25,598 bases of DNA, from NCBI GenBank assembly GCA_036558045.1, contig DATBGJ010000752.1, positions 1 through 25,598 of the forward strand, read 5' to 3'. Positions within the stretch are counted from its first letter, which is position 1, and every line of letters starts with the position of its first letter. Under the pieces are notes generated by a model. That model was not told where the DNA came from, ran no database searches, and saw only the letters and a list, made by a program, of their open reading frames with translations. The stretch is from Thermoanaerobaculia bacterium (GTDB taxonomy: Bacteria > Acidobacteriota > Thermoanaerobaculia > Multivoradales > UBA5704). Of the stretch, positions 1 through 8,356 are shown piece by piece. Made by a program: the position numbers and the translations under genes.

Positions 1-96
1 CTCTCCCCGAGGGAGAGGAGGGAATAAAGAAGAAGCTCCTTTGGGTCTTTCTCCCCTCTCTCCCTTGGGGAGAGAGGGGCCGGGGGAGTGAGGGCC
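1..96. repeat. REP-like palindromic elements (CTCTCCC-loop-GGGAGAG family), two copies
   Basis: Hairpin ctctccc-cga-gggagag at 1-17. Hairpin cccctctctccc-tt-gggagagagggg at about 53-79, followed by the typical ccggggg(a)gtgaggg tail. Intergenic, upstream of glgC. Confidence 0.7.
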
Positions 97-177
97 GGCG
101 GCGACCCCTGAAAGGAAGGCAACGGCGGGATCGGAAATCGACTGCTGTAAGATACCTCCCGCACGCGGGAGGGAGGC

Positions 178-1434
178 ATGGAAAAGGTCGTCACAGCCAT
201 TCTCGGCGGTGGGCAGGGGACGCGCCTCTGGCCGCTGACCCGCGACCGGGCGAAGCCGGCCGTGCCGGTGGGCGGCAAGTTCCGGCTGATCGACATCCCG
301 ATCAGCAACAGCCTGCAGGCCGACATCGACCGCATCTTCGTCATCACCCAGTTCAACAGCGCCAGCCTCCACCGCCACATCGCCCAGACCTACCGCTTCG
401 ACTCCTTCTCCAACGGCTTCGTCAACATCCTCGCCGCCGAGCTGACGACGGAGCGCCGCGAGTGGTATCAGGGAACGGCCGACGCCGTGCGCCAGACCCT
501 GACCCGCCTGCTCGAGCCCGGCCCGTCCGAGGTGCTGATCCTCTCCGGGGATCAGCTCTACCTGATGCACATCGCGGAGTTCATCAAGACCCACCGCGAG
601 CGCGGCGCCGACCTGACGATCGCCGTCAAGCCGGTGAGCCGCGAGGAGGCGCCGGGGCTCGGCATCCTGCACCTCGATCCCTCGGGCCGCGTCGTCAACT
701 TCGTCGAGAAGCCCAAGGAGCCCGCGCTGCTCGACGCCACCGTCCTCGATGAGCACACCCAGGCCGCCATCGGATTCCCGGCTGCACCAGGTTCCTATCT
801 CGCCAGCATGGGGATCTACGTCTTCCGCCCCGAGGTCCTGAAGGAGCTGCTCATCGGCAGCACGACGGTGGACTTCGGCCGCGAGGTGATCCCCCAGGCG
901 CTGGCGGACTACAAGGTCTACGCCTTTCCCCACAACAGCTACTGGGCGGATATCGGCACCATCCCGAGCTTCCACCAGGCCAACCTCGATCTCACGGTGC
1001 CGCTGCCCTCGCTCAACCTCTACGATCCCGAGTTCCGCATCTACACCCACCCGCGCGTCCTGCCGGGCACCAAGGTGACCGAGTGCTTCGTCCAGTGCTC
1101 GATCCTCTCCGAGGGAAGCATCCTCTCGGGCAGCCGCGTCACCGACTCGATCATCGGCATCCGCGCCGTGGTGCGCTCCGGCTCGGTCGTCGAGCGCACG
1201 GTGATCATGGGCGCCAACTACTGGGAGCAGGACGGCCATGAGACTCCCCTCGGCGTCGGCCGCGATTGCCACATCCGCAACGCCATCATCGACTTCAACG
1301 CCCGCATCGGCGACGGCTGCAAGCTGGTCAACGCCGAGGGCGTGCAGAACGCCGACAACGAAAACTACGCGATCCGCGACGGCGTCATCGTCGTGCCCAA
1401 GAATGCCGTCATCCCGCCGGGAACGGTGATCTGA
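178..1434 (+). CDS. glgC: Glucose-1-phosphate adenylyltransferase (ADP-glucose pyrophosphorylase)
   Basis: Motifs GGGQGTRL, RAKPAVP, WYQGTAD, LSGDQLY, FVEKP, SMGIY; C-terminal hexapeptide beta-helix; SD GGAGG; adjacent to glgA. Confidence 0.97.
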   Translation: MEKVVTAILGGGQGTRLWPLTRDRAKPAVPVGGKFRLIDIPISNSLQADIDRIFVITQFNSASLHRHIAQTYRFDSFSNGFVNILAAELTTERREWYQGTADAVRQTLTRLLEPGPSEVLILSGDQLYLMHIAEFIKTHRERGADLTIAVKPVSREEAPGLGILHLDPSGRVVNFVEKPKEPALLDATVLDEHTQAAIGFPAAPGSYLASMGIYVFRPEVLKELLIGSTTVDFGREVIPQALADYKVYAFPHNSYWADIGTIPSFHQANLDLTVPLPSLNLYDPEFRIYTHPRVLPGTKVTECFVQCSILSEGSILSGSRVTDSIIGIRAVVRSGSVVERTVIMGANYWEQDGHETPLGVGRDCHIRNAIIDFNARIGDGCKLVNAEGVQNADNENYAIRDGVIVVPKNAVIPPGTVI

Positions 1435-1438
1435 GGCC

Positions 1439-2881
1439 GTGCCGCTCCGCGTGCTCCAGGTCGCGGCCGAGGTCACTCCTTTCGCCAAGACCGGCGGCCT
1501 CGGCGACGTAGTCGCGGGCCTCTCCCGCTTCCTCGCCCGCGCGGGACACGACGCGCGCATCATCCTGCCTCTCTACTCGCATCTCGCCAAGGAGCGGGAG
1601 CGCTACACGCCGGTGGACTTCATCCAGAACGTCTCCGTGCAGCTCGGGCCGCGGCGCTTCACCTACTCCGTCCTCACCACGCCGCTGCCAGAGAGCGAGG
1701 TCGGCGTCTACTTCATCGACTGTCCCGAGGCTTTCGGCCACGGCGCCATCTACCACGGGGACCGCACGGACGCGCTGCGCTTCGCCCTGCTCACCGTGGC
1801 CGCCTTCGAGTGCGCGCAGCGGATGGGCTGGTCGCCGCACGTCCTCCACTGTCACGACTGGCACACGGCGCTGGCGCCGGTCTATCGCAAGTCCTATCTG
1901 GATTGGGACCGCCTTTTTCACTCCACGAAGACGGTGCTGACCATCCACAACCTCGGCTTTCAGGGGATCGTGGACGTCTCGCAGCTCGCCGACCTCGGGC
2001 TCGACCGCCACGCCCGCCTGCTCGACCTCTCGCCCGGAAACCTCAACTTCCTCCGCAACGGCATCCTCCACGCCGACGCCCTGACCGCCGTCAGCCGCAC
2101 CTACGCCCGCGAGATCCGGACGCCCGAGAAAGGCTTCGGCCTCGACGGCCTGTTGCGCGCCCGCGCCGGCAGCTTCATCGGCATCGTCAACGGCGTCGAC
2201 TACGGCGAGTGGAATCCGGAGACGGATCCGTTCATTCCGCATCACTACTCGGCCCGCGACCTCGCCGGCAAGGCGGCGATGAAGCGCGCCCTCCTGCTGA
2301 GCATCGGCATGGACGAGGAGACCGCCGCGCCGGTGATCGGCGTGGTGTCGCGGCTCACCCGGCAGAAGGGTTTCGACCTGGCGTTCGGAGTGCTGCCCGA
2401 GCTGCTCGCGCGGCGCGACGTCCGCGTCGTGGCGCTGGGCAGCGGCGAGCCGCGTTACGAGCAGTTCTTCCGCCTGCTGCACAGCCAGTTTCCGGACAAG
2501 GCCTATTTCTATCAGGGCTTCAGCAACGAGCTCGCGCATTGGATCGAGGCCGGCGCCGACCTCTTCCTCATGCCGTCGCGCTTCGAGCCCTGCGGCCTCA
2601 ACCAGATGTACAGCCTGCGCTACGGCACGCCGCCCGTGGTCCACAAGACCGGCGGCCTCGCCGACACCGTGGAGCAATTCGATCCCGCCACGGGCGAAGG
2701 TACAGGCTTCCTCTTCGATCACTTCGATTCAGAGGGCCTCCGCTGGGCGCTCGACTTGGCGCTCGACTGTTACTCCCATTGGGAAACCTGGCAGCGGCTG
2801 ATGCGGAACGGCATGGCGAAGGACTTCTCCTGGGAGGTGCAGGGGAAGGAGTACGTGGATTTGTATGAGCGGCTGCGGTAG
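1439..2881 (+). CDS. glgA: Glycogen synthase (GT5)
   Basis: KTGGL ADP-glucose motif twice, HCHDWHTAL, TIHNLGFQG, PSRFEPCGLNQM; GTG start 4 nt after the glgC stop. Confidence 0.97.
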   Translation: MPLRVLQVAAEVTPFAKTGGLGDVVAGLSRFLARAGHDARIILPLYSHLAKERERYTPVDFIQNVSVQLGPRRFTYSVLTTPLPESEVGVYFIDCPEAFGHGAIYHGDRTDALRFALLTVAAFECAQRMGWSPHVLHCHDWHTALAPVYRKSYLDWDRLFHSTKTVLTIHNLGFQGIVDVSQLADLGLDRHARLLDLSPGNLNFLRNGILHADALTAVSRTYAREIRTPEKGFGLDGLLRARAGSFIGIVNGVDYGEWNPETDPFIPHHYSARDLAGKAAMKRALLLSIGMDEETAAPVIGVVSRLTRQKGFDLAFGVLPELLARRDVRVVALGSGEPRYEQFFRLLHSQFPDKAYFYQGFSNELAHWIEAGADLFLMPSRFEPCGLNQMYSLRYGTPPVVHKTGGLADTVEQFDPATGEGTGFLFDHFDSEGLRWALDLALDCYSHWETWQRLMRNGMAKDFSWEVQGKEYVDLYERLR

Positions 2882-2945
2882 CCTTACGCTCCCGCCGCCC
2901 GGCGAGCCCGGGTCGCGGCCTGGATCCCCGATCAAGAGAGAGCCC

Positions 2946-5453
2946 ATGACCGACCTCCTGAAGGATCTCGAAGCCAAGTGGCGGCAGCGCTGGGCGGAGC
3001 AAGGCACCTACCGCTTCGACCGCACCAAGGCCCGCGAGCAGATCTATTCGATCGACACGCCGCCGCCCACCGTATCGGGGTCCCTGCACCCGGGCCATAT
3101 GTGCAGTTACACGCACACCGACCTCATCGCCCGCTTCCAGCGCATGCGCGGCAAGGAGGTGTTCTACCCCATGGGCTGGGACGACAACGGCCTCAACACC
3201 GAGCGCCGCGTCCAGCTCATGCTCGGCATCGCCTGCGACCCGAGCCTCCCCTACGACCCCGACTTCGTGCCGCCCAGGACGCCGCCCGATCCTCCCCTGC
3301 GCGTCAGCCGGCCGAATTTCGTCGCCTGCTGCCAGCAGATCACCGAGATGCTCGAGCAGAGCTACTTCGATCTCTGGTCGAACCTCGGGCTCTCCGTCGA
3401 CTGGAGCCAGTCCTACACGACGATCGGCGACCTGTCGCGGCGCACGTCGCAGGCCGGCTTCATCGATCTCCATGAGCGCGGCCTCGCCTACCGGACCGAA
3501 TCGCCGACCTTGTGGGATGTCGACTTCCGCACCGCGGTGGCCCAGGCCGAGCTGCAGGACCGCAAGCTGCCCGGGGCCTTCTCCCGGCTCCGCTTTCGCC
3601 GGGCCGCGGGCGGCGAGCCCATCCACATCGAGACCACCCGGCCCGAGCTGCTCGCCGCTTGCGTCGCCCTGGTGGCGCACCCCGACGACGCGCGTTACCA
3701 GGAGATCTTCGGCAGCGACGCCCTGACGCCCCTGTTCGACGTGCGGGTCCCCATCGTCGCCCACCGGCTCGCGGACCCGGAAAAGGGCTCGGGCATCGCC
3801 ATGATCTGCACGTTCGGCGATACGACCGACATCACCTGGTGGCGCGAGCTGGGCCTCGAATTGCGCGGCATCGTCGAGAAAGACGGCACGCTCACGAGGA
3901 CTCCGCCGCAGGGCATCGAGAGCGCGCGGGGCCTGGCCGCGTTCGGCGAGCTCGCCGGCAAGGGGCTGACGCAGGCCCGCCGCCGCAGCCTGGAGCTGCT
4001 GCGCGAGTCCGGCGAGCTGGAGGGCGAGCCCAAGCCTATCGAGCATCAGGTCAAGTTCTGGGAAAACGGCGCGCGGCCGCTCGAGATCGTCATCAACCGG
4101 CAGTGGTTCATCCGCTATCCCGAAAAAGAGGTGCTCCTGGAGCTGGGGCGTCAACTGCGCTGGTGGCCGGAGTTCATGCGGGTGCGCTACGAGAACTGGG
4201 TCAACGGCCTCCTCGGCGATTGGAACATCACCCGCCAGCGCTTCTTCGGCGTGCCGTTCCCCGTCTGGTATCCGATCGCCAATGATGGGACCGTCCTGCA
4301 CGACCAGCCTATCCTCGCCGATCGCGACGCGCTGCCCGTGGACCCTTCCGCGAGTCATCCCCCGGGTTATACCGCCGGCCAGCGGAACGTCCCCGGCGGC
4401 TTCACGGCCGATCCCGACGTGATGGATACCTGGGCGACGTCCTCGCTCTCCCCTTACATCGCGAGCCACTGGATCGACGATGCGGACCTGCATCAGCGCG
4501 TCTTTCCCATGGACCTCCGCCCGCAGGCGCATGAGATCATCCGCACCTGGCTCTTCTACACCATCGTCCGCAGCCACTATGCCTCCGGCCGCCTGCCCTG
4601 GTCGAACGCGGCGATCTCGGGTTTCGTCACCGATCCCGACCGCAAGAAGCTCTCGAAATCGGCGGGCAACGCCGCCGACGATCCGCCGCACTTGATCGCC
4701 GAGTTCGGCGCCGATGCCGTGCGCTACTGGGCCGCCGGCGGACGGCCGGGCCAGGACGTCATCTTCGACCGCAACCAGTTGCGGGTCGGCCGGCGGCTGG
4801 CGACGAAGATCCTCAACTTTTCCAAATTCGTGCTGGGATTGCCGGCCCCTGCGGCGCCGGCGAAGCCCTCGCTGGCGCTCGACCAATCGATGCTCGCCGG
4901 CTTGCGCGGCGTCGTCGCAGAGGCCACCGCGGCATTCGAGAATTACGACTACACCAAGGCCCTCGAAACGATCGAGCCCTTTTTCTGGAACCTCTGCGAC
5001 AACTACCTCGAGCTCGTGAAGGTGCGCGCGTACGAAGGCGATGGATCCGCCATCGCCTCGCTCCGCTTCGCGCTAAGCACGGCGCTGCGGCTCTTCGCGC
5101 CCTTCCTGCCGTTCGTCACCGAAGAGGTATGGTCCTGGTGGCAGGAGGGCTCCGTACACCGGGCCGCCTGGCCCAGCGCGGCCGAGCTCGACGGCCTCCT
5201 CGAACCCGCCGTCGGCGCCGGCATTCTCGATACGGCGGCGGCGGTCCTGGGCGCCATCCGCAAGGCCAAGACCCAGGCCCGCCTGCCGCTGCGCGCCGAG
5301 CTGCCGCAGGTCACGGTGACTGGTGACCAGGGCCATCTGAACGCTCTCGAAGAAGCGAGACGGGACCTCATGTCGGCCGGCAACGTCAAGTCTCTCCTGC
5401 TGAAGGAGGGGGGCGGTCTGGCGATCGATATCGGAGCCGAGGTTACAGCGTAG
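2946..5453 (+). CDS. valS: Valyl-tRNA synthetase, actinobacterial/archaeal type (no C-terminal coiled-coil arm)
   Basis: YSIDTPPPTVSGSLHPGH (HIGH), GWDDNGL, DWNITRQRFFGVPFP, DVMDTWATSSL, PQAHEIIRTW, KLSKS (KMSKS). Start moved to ATG 2946, behind a purine-rich SD-like tract. Confidence 0.95.
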   Translation: MTDLLKDLEAKWRQRWAEQGTYRFDRTKAREQIYSIDTPPPTVSGSLHPGHMCSYTHTDLIARFQRMRGKEVFYPMGWDDNGLNTERRVQLMLGIACDPSLPYDPDFVPPRTPPDPPLRVSRPNFVACCQQITEMLEQSYFDLWSNLGLSVDWSQSYTTIGDLSRRTSQAGFIDLHERGLAYRTESPTLWDVDFRTAVAQAELQDRKLPGAFSRLRFRRAAGGEPIHIETTRPELLAACVALVAHPDDARYQEIFGSDALTPLFDVRVPIVAHRLADPEKGSGIAMICTFGDTTDITWWRELGLELRGIVEKDGTLTRTPPQGIESARGLAAFGELAGKGLTQARRRSLELLRESGELEGEPKPIEHQVKFWENGARPLEIVINRQWFIRYPEKEVLLELGRQLRWWPEFMRVRYENWVNGLLGDWNITRQRFFGVPFPVWYPIANDGTVLHDQPILADRDALPVDPSASHPPGYTAGQRNVPGGFTADPDVMDTWATSSLSPYIASHWIDDADLHQRVFPMDLRPQAHEIIRTWLFYTIVRSHYASGRLPWSNAAISGFVTDPDRKKLSKSAGNAADDPPHLIAEFGADAVRYWAAGGRPGQDVIFDRNQLRVGRRLATKILNFSKFVLGLPAPAAPAKPSLALDQSMLAGLRGVVAEATAAFENYDYTKALETIEPFFWNLCDNYLELVKVRAYEGDGSAIASLRFALSTALRLFAPFLPFVTEEVWSWWQEGSVHRAAWPSAAELDGLLEPAVGAGILDTAAAVLGAIRKAKTQARLPLRAELPQVTVTGDQGHLNALEEARRDLMSAGNVKSLLLKEGGGLAIDIGAEVTA

Positions 5454-5922
5454 GCCACCAGCGGTGGACCTGCCGGCGGTACGCTGCGTAGTCCTCGCCG
5501 AAGGTCCGCCCGAGAGTGGGCTCCTCGTACCAGATCACGAAGGCGTGCATCGCGAGGAGGAACAGGAAGGCATAGGCGAGCAGCGCGTGCGACTGATAGA
5601 AGATCGCGGCGCCGGCCAGCGCCAGGCCGGCGCCCAGGTACATGGGATTGCGCACGTACCGGTAAGGCCCGCGCACGACGAGCCGGCGCGGCGGATCGAA
5701 GGGCGCCGGAGTGCCGCGGCCGAGGACGGCGAAGCTGAGGATGCACCACACGGCGAGCGCCGCCCCGATCAGGCTCACCACGATCCCGACGAGCTGCAGC
5801 GGTCCGATCCGGTCAGGCCTGGAGACGCCCGCCCAGGAGAGCGCCTGGGCCGGCAGGTAGATGAGCACCAAACCGATGAAGAGCACTGCGTAGGTCACGG
5901 CCCGGATCAGGACGCCGATCAT
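5443..5922 (-). CDS. Isoprenylcysteine carboxyl methyltransferase / PEMT-family membrane methyltransferase
   Basis: Hydrophobic; GRGTPAPFDPPRRLVVRGPYRYVRNPMY, EEPTL..FGEDY..Y...V.RW signature. Confidence 0.88.
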   Translation of the reverse strand: MIGVLIRAVTYAVLFIGLVLIYLPAQALSWAGVSRPDRIGPLQLVGIVVSLIGAALAVWCILSFAVLGRGTPAPFDPPRRLVVRGPYRYVRNPMYLGAGLALAGAAIFYQSHALLAYAFLFLLAMHAFVIWYEEPTLGRTFGEDYAAYRRQVHRWWPTL

Positions 5923-6059
5923 GGCTCAAGCCTCCGAAGCTCCGCAACGATTAAGGCCAGCACCGTCAACCGGTTGGCGCTCTGCGAGCGTATATAGCGC
6001 AGATGCGTCCGAATGCCCCTGAAATACCAGGTGCTGACGAAATCTGCCGGCGTCGCCAT
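5919..6059 (-). pseudogene. 46-aa small ORF MATPADFVSTWYFRGIRTHLRYIRSQSANRLTVLALIVAELRRLEP; probable 5' remnant of a disrupted gene
   Basis: Not in the ORF track; translated by hand. Strong SD (GGGAGAGAGG-cac-ATG). Its stop overlaps the methyltransferase start (ATGA). Sequence after the first 6 codons is AT-richer. Confidence 0.4.
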
Positions 6060-6138
6060 GTGCCTCTCTCCCAGGGAAGGTGAGCCGGCGCACAGGTAAG
6101 CACGGCCTCGCCGGGTATGTCAAGAGCGGCGGACAAGC

Positions 6139-6167
6139 TTGCCAAACATGAACGGCTCGGCCATGAT
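6139..6167 (+). promoter_or_regulatory. Putative sigma70-type promoter for the NTF2-like gene
   Basis: TTGCCA-17 nt-CATGAT, about 30 nt upstream of ATG 6198. A divergent TTGACA lies on the minus strand at 6123-6118 but has a poor -10. Confidence 0.4.
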
Positions 6168-6197
6168 CAGGACGAGCCCAACCAGGAGGGGAGAACG

Positions 6198-6719
6198 ATG
6201 AACGGAATGCGCAGGATCCTGCTCGCGACGGTCCTCGGTGTATGCGCTGCCGGCGCTGCGCCCGCGCAGGCGCCGGCCGCGGCGCCGCCGGGCGACGCCG
6301 CGGCCCAGGAAGCGCGGGCGCAGGTGGAAAAGGTGATGGGCGCCTTCGCCGCGATGGATCTGGAAGCTCTCAAGGCGGGAGTCACCGAGGACGTCACCGC
6401 CTTTGAGATGGACCTGGAGGGCAAGCCGGTGCGTCTGGGATCGCGCGCCGACGTCCTGCGCTTCGCCGAGCAGATCTTCGCGGGGATGAAGAAGATGGGA
6501 GCGAGCATGAAGCTCGACTTCCACGCGAGCGATTGCCGCGCCGGCTCCACGCTGGCCTATTGCACCGTGGAATTCGATTTCAAGGCGGCGATGCCGGACG
6601 GCAGCACGATGGTGCAGCCGTCGCGCAACACGGTGGTGCTGCGCAAGGACGACGGCGGCTGGAAGTGGGCGCACTGGCACTCCTCGCTCGCCGTGGCTCC
6701 CACGCCGCCGGCGCCGTGA
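6198..6719 (+). CDS. Secreted NTF2/SnoaL-like (DUF4440-like) protein
   Basis: SD AGGAGG before ATG 6198; signal-peptide-like N-terminus; C-terminal R.T.VLRKDDGGWKWAHWHSS typical of NTF2-like folds. Confidence 0.8.
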   Translation: MNGMRRILLATVLGVCAAGAAPAQAPAAAPPGDAAAQEARAQVEKVMGAFAAMDLEALKAGVTEDVTAFEMDLEGKPVRLGSRADVLRFAEQIFAGMKKMGASMKLDFHASDCRAGSTLAYCTVEFDFKAAMPDGSTMVQPSRNTVVLRKDDGGWKWAHWHSSLAVAPTPPAP

Positions 6720-6790
6720 AGTCTCTTCTTCACCGCCGACGACGGCCTCACCGGCCGCGAGCTGTGCAGCCTGCCCCTGGCCGATTTCGC
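6720..6790 (+). pseudogene. Remnant of the 3' end of an ELWxxDGT-repeat protein gene
   Basis: From 6723 it reads LFFTADDGLTGRELCSLPL, matching the recalled LFFxADDGxxGRELW repeat unit (TGG to TGC). No start codon; lies directly after the NTF2 stop. Confidence 0.55.
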
Positions 6791-7153
6791 TCAGTCATGG
6801 TGGAAGTAAAAGCGGTTCCCGTCCAGATCGTCGACCGTGAACTGCCTCAGGCCCCATGGTTTCTTCTCCAGAGGTTCCACGATGTTTGCTCCTGACGACC
6901 TCAGCTCACCGTACGAGGCGTCAACATCTTCAGCGAAGACCCAATGAACCGCTGGTGCGAACGGTGGCTTTGTCCTGCGCAAGAAGATCACGGCATCTCC
7001 CCGTGAGACAGCTCCAATCTCCTTGTCCGGATAGAGCCAGCCGATCTCGAAGCCGAGAACGTCGCGATAGTACTGCTGCGCCCGCTCGACATCCTCAACG
7101 GGTAGCTCTGGCACCGGCTGACCGATTGTGGACAAGGGCTCTCTCTCGCTCAC
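6791..7153 (-). CDS. VOC / glyoxalase / bleomycin-resistance family protein (cassette gene)
   Basis: PELPVEDVERAQQYYRDVLGF ... KPWGLRQFTVDDLDGNRFYF; GTG start with SD GAGGAG. Confidence 0.9.
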   Translation of the reverse strand: MSEREPLSTIGQPVPELPVEDVERAQQYYRDVLGFEIGWLYPDKEIGAVSRGDAVIFLRRTKPPFAPAVHWVFAEDVDASYGELRSSGANIVEPLEKKPWGLRQFTVDDLDGNRFYFHHD

Positions 7154-7193
7154 AGGCGCTCCTCACTCCGCAGACGTCGGTCGCTCATGCGCC

Positions 7194-7319
7194 GCCCAAA
7201 GACCGAGCTCAGCGACCGCCTCCGGAAACGCCCGGGCGGTTGCACGGGTCGCCGACAATTATCCGAACCGCTCGACTGCCCGGCGGGGCGGCGGGTTCGC
7301 TGCAGCGCCCTGGTTAGCC
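7194..7319 (-). mobile_element. attC site, 126 bp (best conserved); R' reads TTTGGGC
   Basis: Minus strand: R'' GGCTAAC, L'' GCTGCAGC, inner stems (CCGCC/GGCGG, CCGGGC/GCCCGG), L' GCTGAGC, 6-nt spacer, then TTTGGGC in place of GTTRRRY. Begins 7 nt after the upstream stop. Confidence 0.8.
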
Positions 7320-7326
7320 CGCAATA

Positions 7327-7674
7327 TCATGTCCAACTCTTTCCAGAATACCACTCTGGCCGCTCGCTCTCTGGTCCAAAGAACTGCCAATCGGCCAGTG
7401 TGTCAATGAACGACTGACGTTCGTATCGGCCGTAACCCGGACCGAGAATAGAGTAGTAATAGTCATCGCATGCTGGATGCGGACTCTTCTCGGATGGCTC
7501 GTGCAGAACTCCGATGAGCGTCCCAGCACGGCGTCCAAATCGGTGAACGAGACCGAGATGCTCATGAGTGCGGCCATCTGGCAGAGTGACGACGAAGGGC
7601 GAGGTGAACTGAATCCTAAGGTCGGCTGCTGCCGCCTTCCATGCCGCAACGACTCTGGTCTCCGTGTCTGTCAT
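7327..7674 (-). CDS. Hypothetical cassette protein (115 aa)
   Basis: ATG 11 nt after the preceding R'-like box; stop 7 nt before the next R''. No family recognised. Confidence 0.7.
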   Translation of the reverse strand: MTDTETRVVAAWKAAAADLRIQFTSPFVVTLPDGRTHEHLGLVHRFGRRAGTLIGVLHEPSEKSPHPACDDYYYSILGPGYGRYERQSFIDTLADWQFFGPESERPEWYSGKSWT

Positions 7675-7685
7675 GATGCGATGCA

Positions 7686-7741
7686 GGCTAAAGCCGCGCA
7701 TGCCAAAGCGACGGTCCGCCCAGACGATCGGCGCGTTAGCC
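7686..7741 (-). mobile_element. Short degenerate attC-like site (56 bp); R' reads TTTAGCC
   Basis: R'' GGCTAAC contains the TAA stop of the upstream gene. The terminal TTAGCC is complementary to the R'' of the next cassette. L boxes are not clearly recognisable. Confidence 0.5.
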
Positions 7742-8197
7742 GCGGTTTTCTATGCATTCGCACTTCAACCTAACAAGCAGATCATGGTACTCGCGGCCTG
7801 CGAACACAAAGGGCCCCACGCCCTCTAATCCGGCTCGCTGTGCTCCGCCCTCGCGGGTGCTCTGGAAAGCGAAGTCTCTCCAGATCACAACGGCTGGACC
7901 ACGTTCCACCACGAGACTCACCGCTCCGCAGTCCAGGTCACCACACTCCGGACAAACATACAAGGAAGTGCGTCCTTCTGAAAGATCCGGAGGTGCCCTT
8001 CGGAGAAGGCGATCGACCGCTGCCACCTGCTCACCTGCTGTACCCCAGCCGAACGGTGAGATGAGATCGATCTTTAGAAGCGACGAGAGCGCGCAGCCAT
8101 CGATCAGAAAGTCGCAGTAGCGGCGCTCCGTGCGACCGCCTCCGCCTACTCGCGTAGCCCAAACTACATCGAGTCTCGACAGTTTCGAAGTACTCAT
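7736..8197 (-). CDS. Hypothetical cassette protein with LYVCPECGDLDCGA (CxxCx4C) motif
   Basis: 153-aa ORF bounded by attC-like sites; Cys cluster suggests metal binding. Confidence 0.75.
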   Translation of the reverse strand: MSTSKLSRLDVVWATRVGGGGRTERRYCDFLIDGCALSSLLKIDLISPFGWGTAGEQVAAVDRLLRRAPPDLSEGRTSLYVCPECGDLDCGAVSLVVERGPAVVIWRDFAFQSTREGGAQRAGLEGVGPFVFAGREYHDLLVRLKCECIENRG

Positions 8198-8205
8198 ATC
8201 GTGCG

Positions 8206-8330
8206 GCAGTACGCTTGGCGTTTCAGCGTGCGCGCCTGTTGCAAGTCGCCGCCCGCCCTAGAAGCCACCAACGGTCGTAGGCCACTACGGGTAAGAATGC
8301 CTCAGGCGTCCGCTGGAAGCGCGGTTGGCC
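8206..8330 (-). mobile_element. attC-like site, 125 bp; R' degenerate (GTACTGC)
   Basis: Minus strand GGCCAAC-CGCG-CTTCCAGC-GGACGCCTG ... CAGGCGCGCAC-GCTGAAA-CGCCAAGC-GTACTGC; L''/L' and CCTG/CAGG pairing present. Confidence 0.65.
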
Positions 8331-8356
8331 GGCCTGCCTTGTTTGCTGAATTGTAC

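Larger units (their letters stand above)
6791..8354 (-). mobile_element. Integron-type gene cassette array without integrase (CALIN-like): three cassettes plus the 3' stub of a fourth
   Basis: Three co-oriented short genes with visibly lower GC than the flanks. Each intergenic gap is an attC-like imperfect palindrome starting at or just after a stop codon. No tyrosine recombinase in the window. Confidence 0.75.

Noticed and set aside
2882-2945. T-box leader upstream of valS
   Set aside because: The gap is only about 65 nt with no T-box motif; valS is probably co-transcribed with glgCA.
5937-6135. Riboswitch or ncRNA in the divergent intergenic region
   Set aside because: No recognisable aptamer consensus and only a 6-bp stem; better explained by promoters, an SD and the sORF.
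7768-7774. Plus-strand ACCTAAC as another attC R'' box
   Set aside because: It lies inside a coding region in the wrong orientation, with no L boxes or R' partner.
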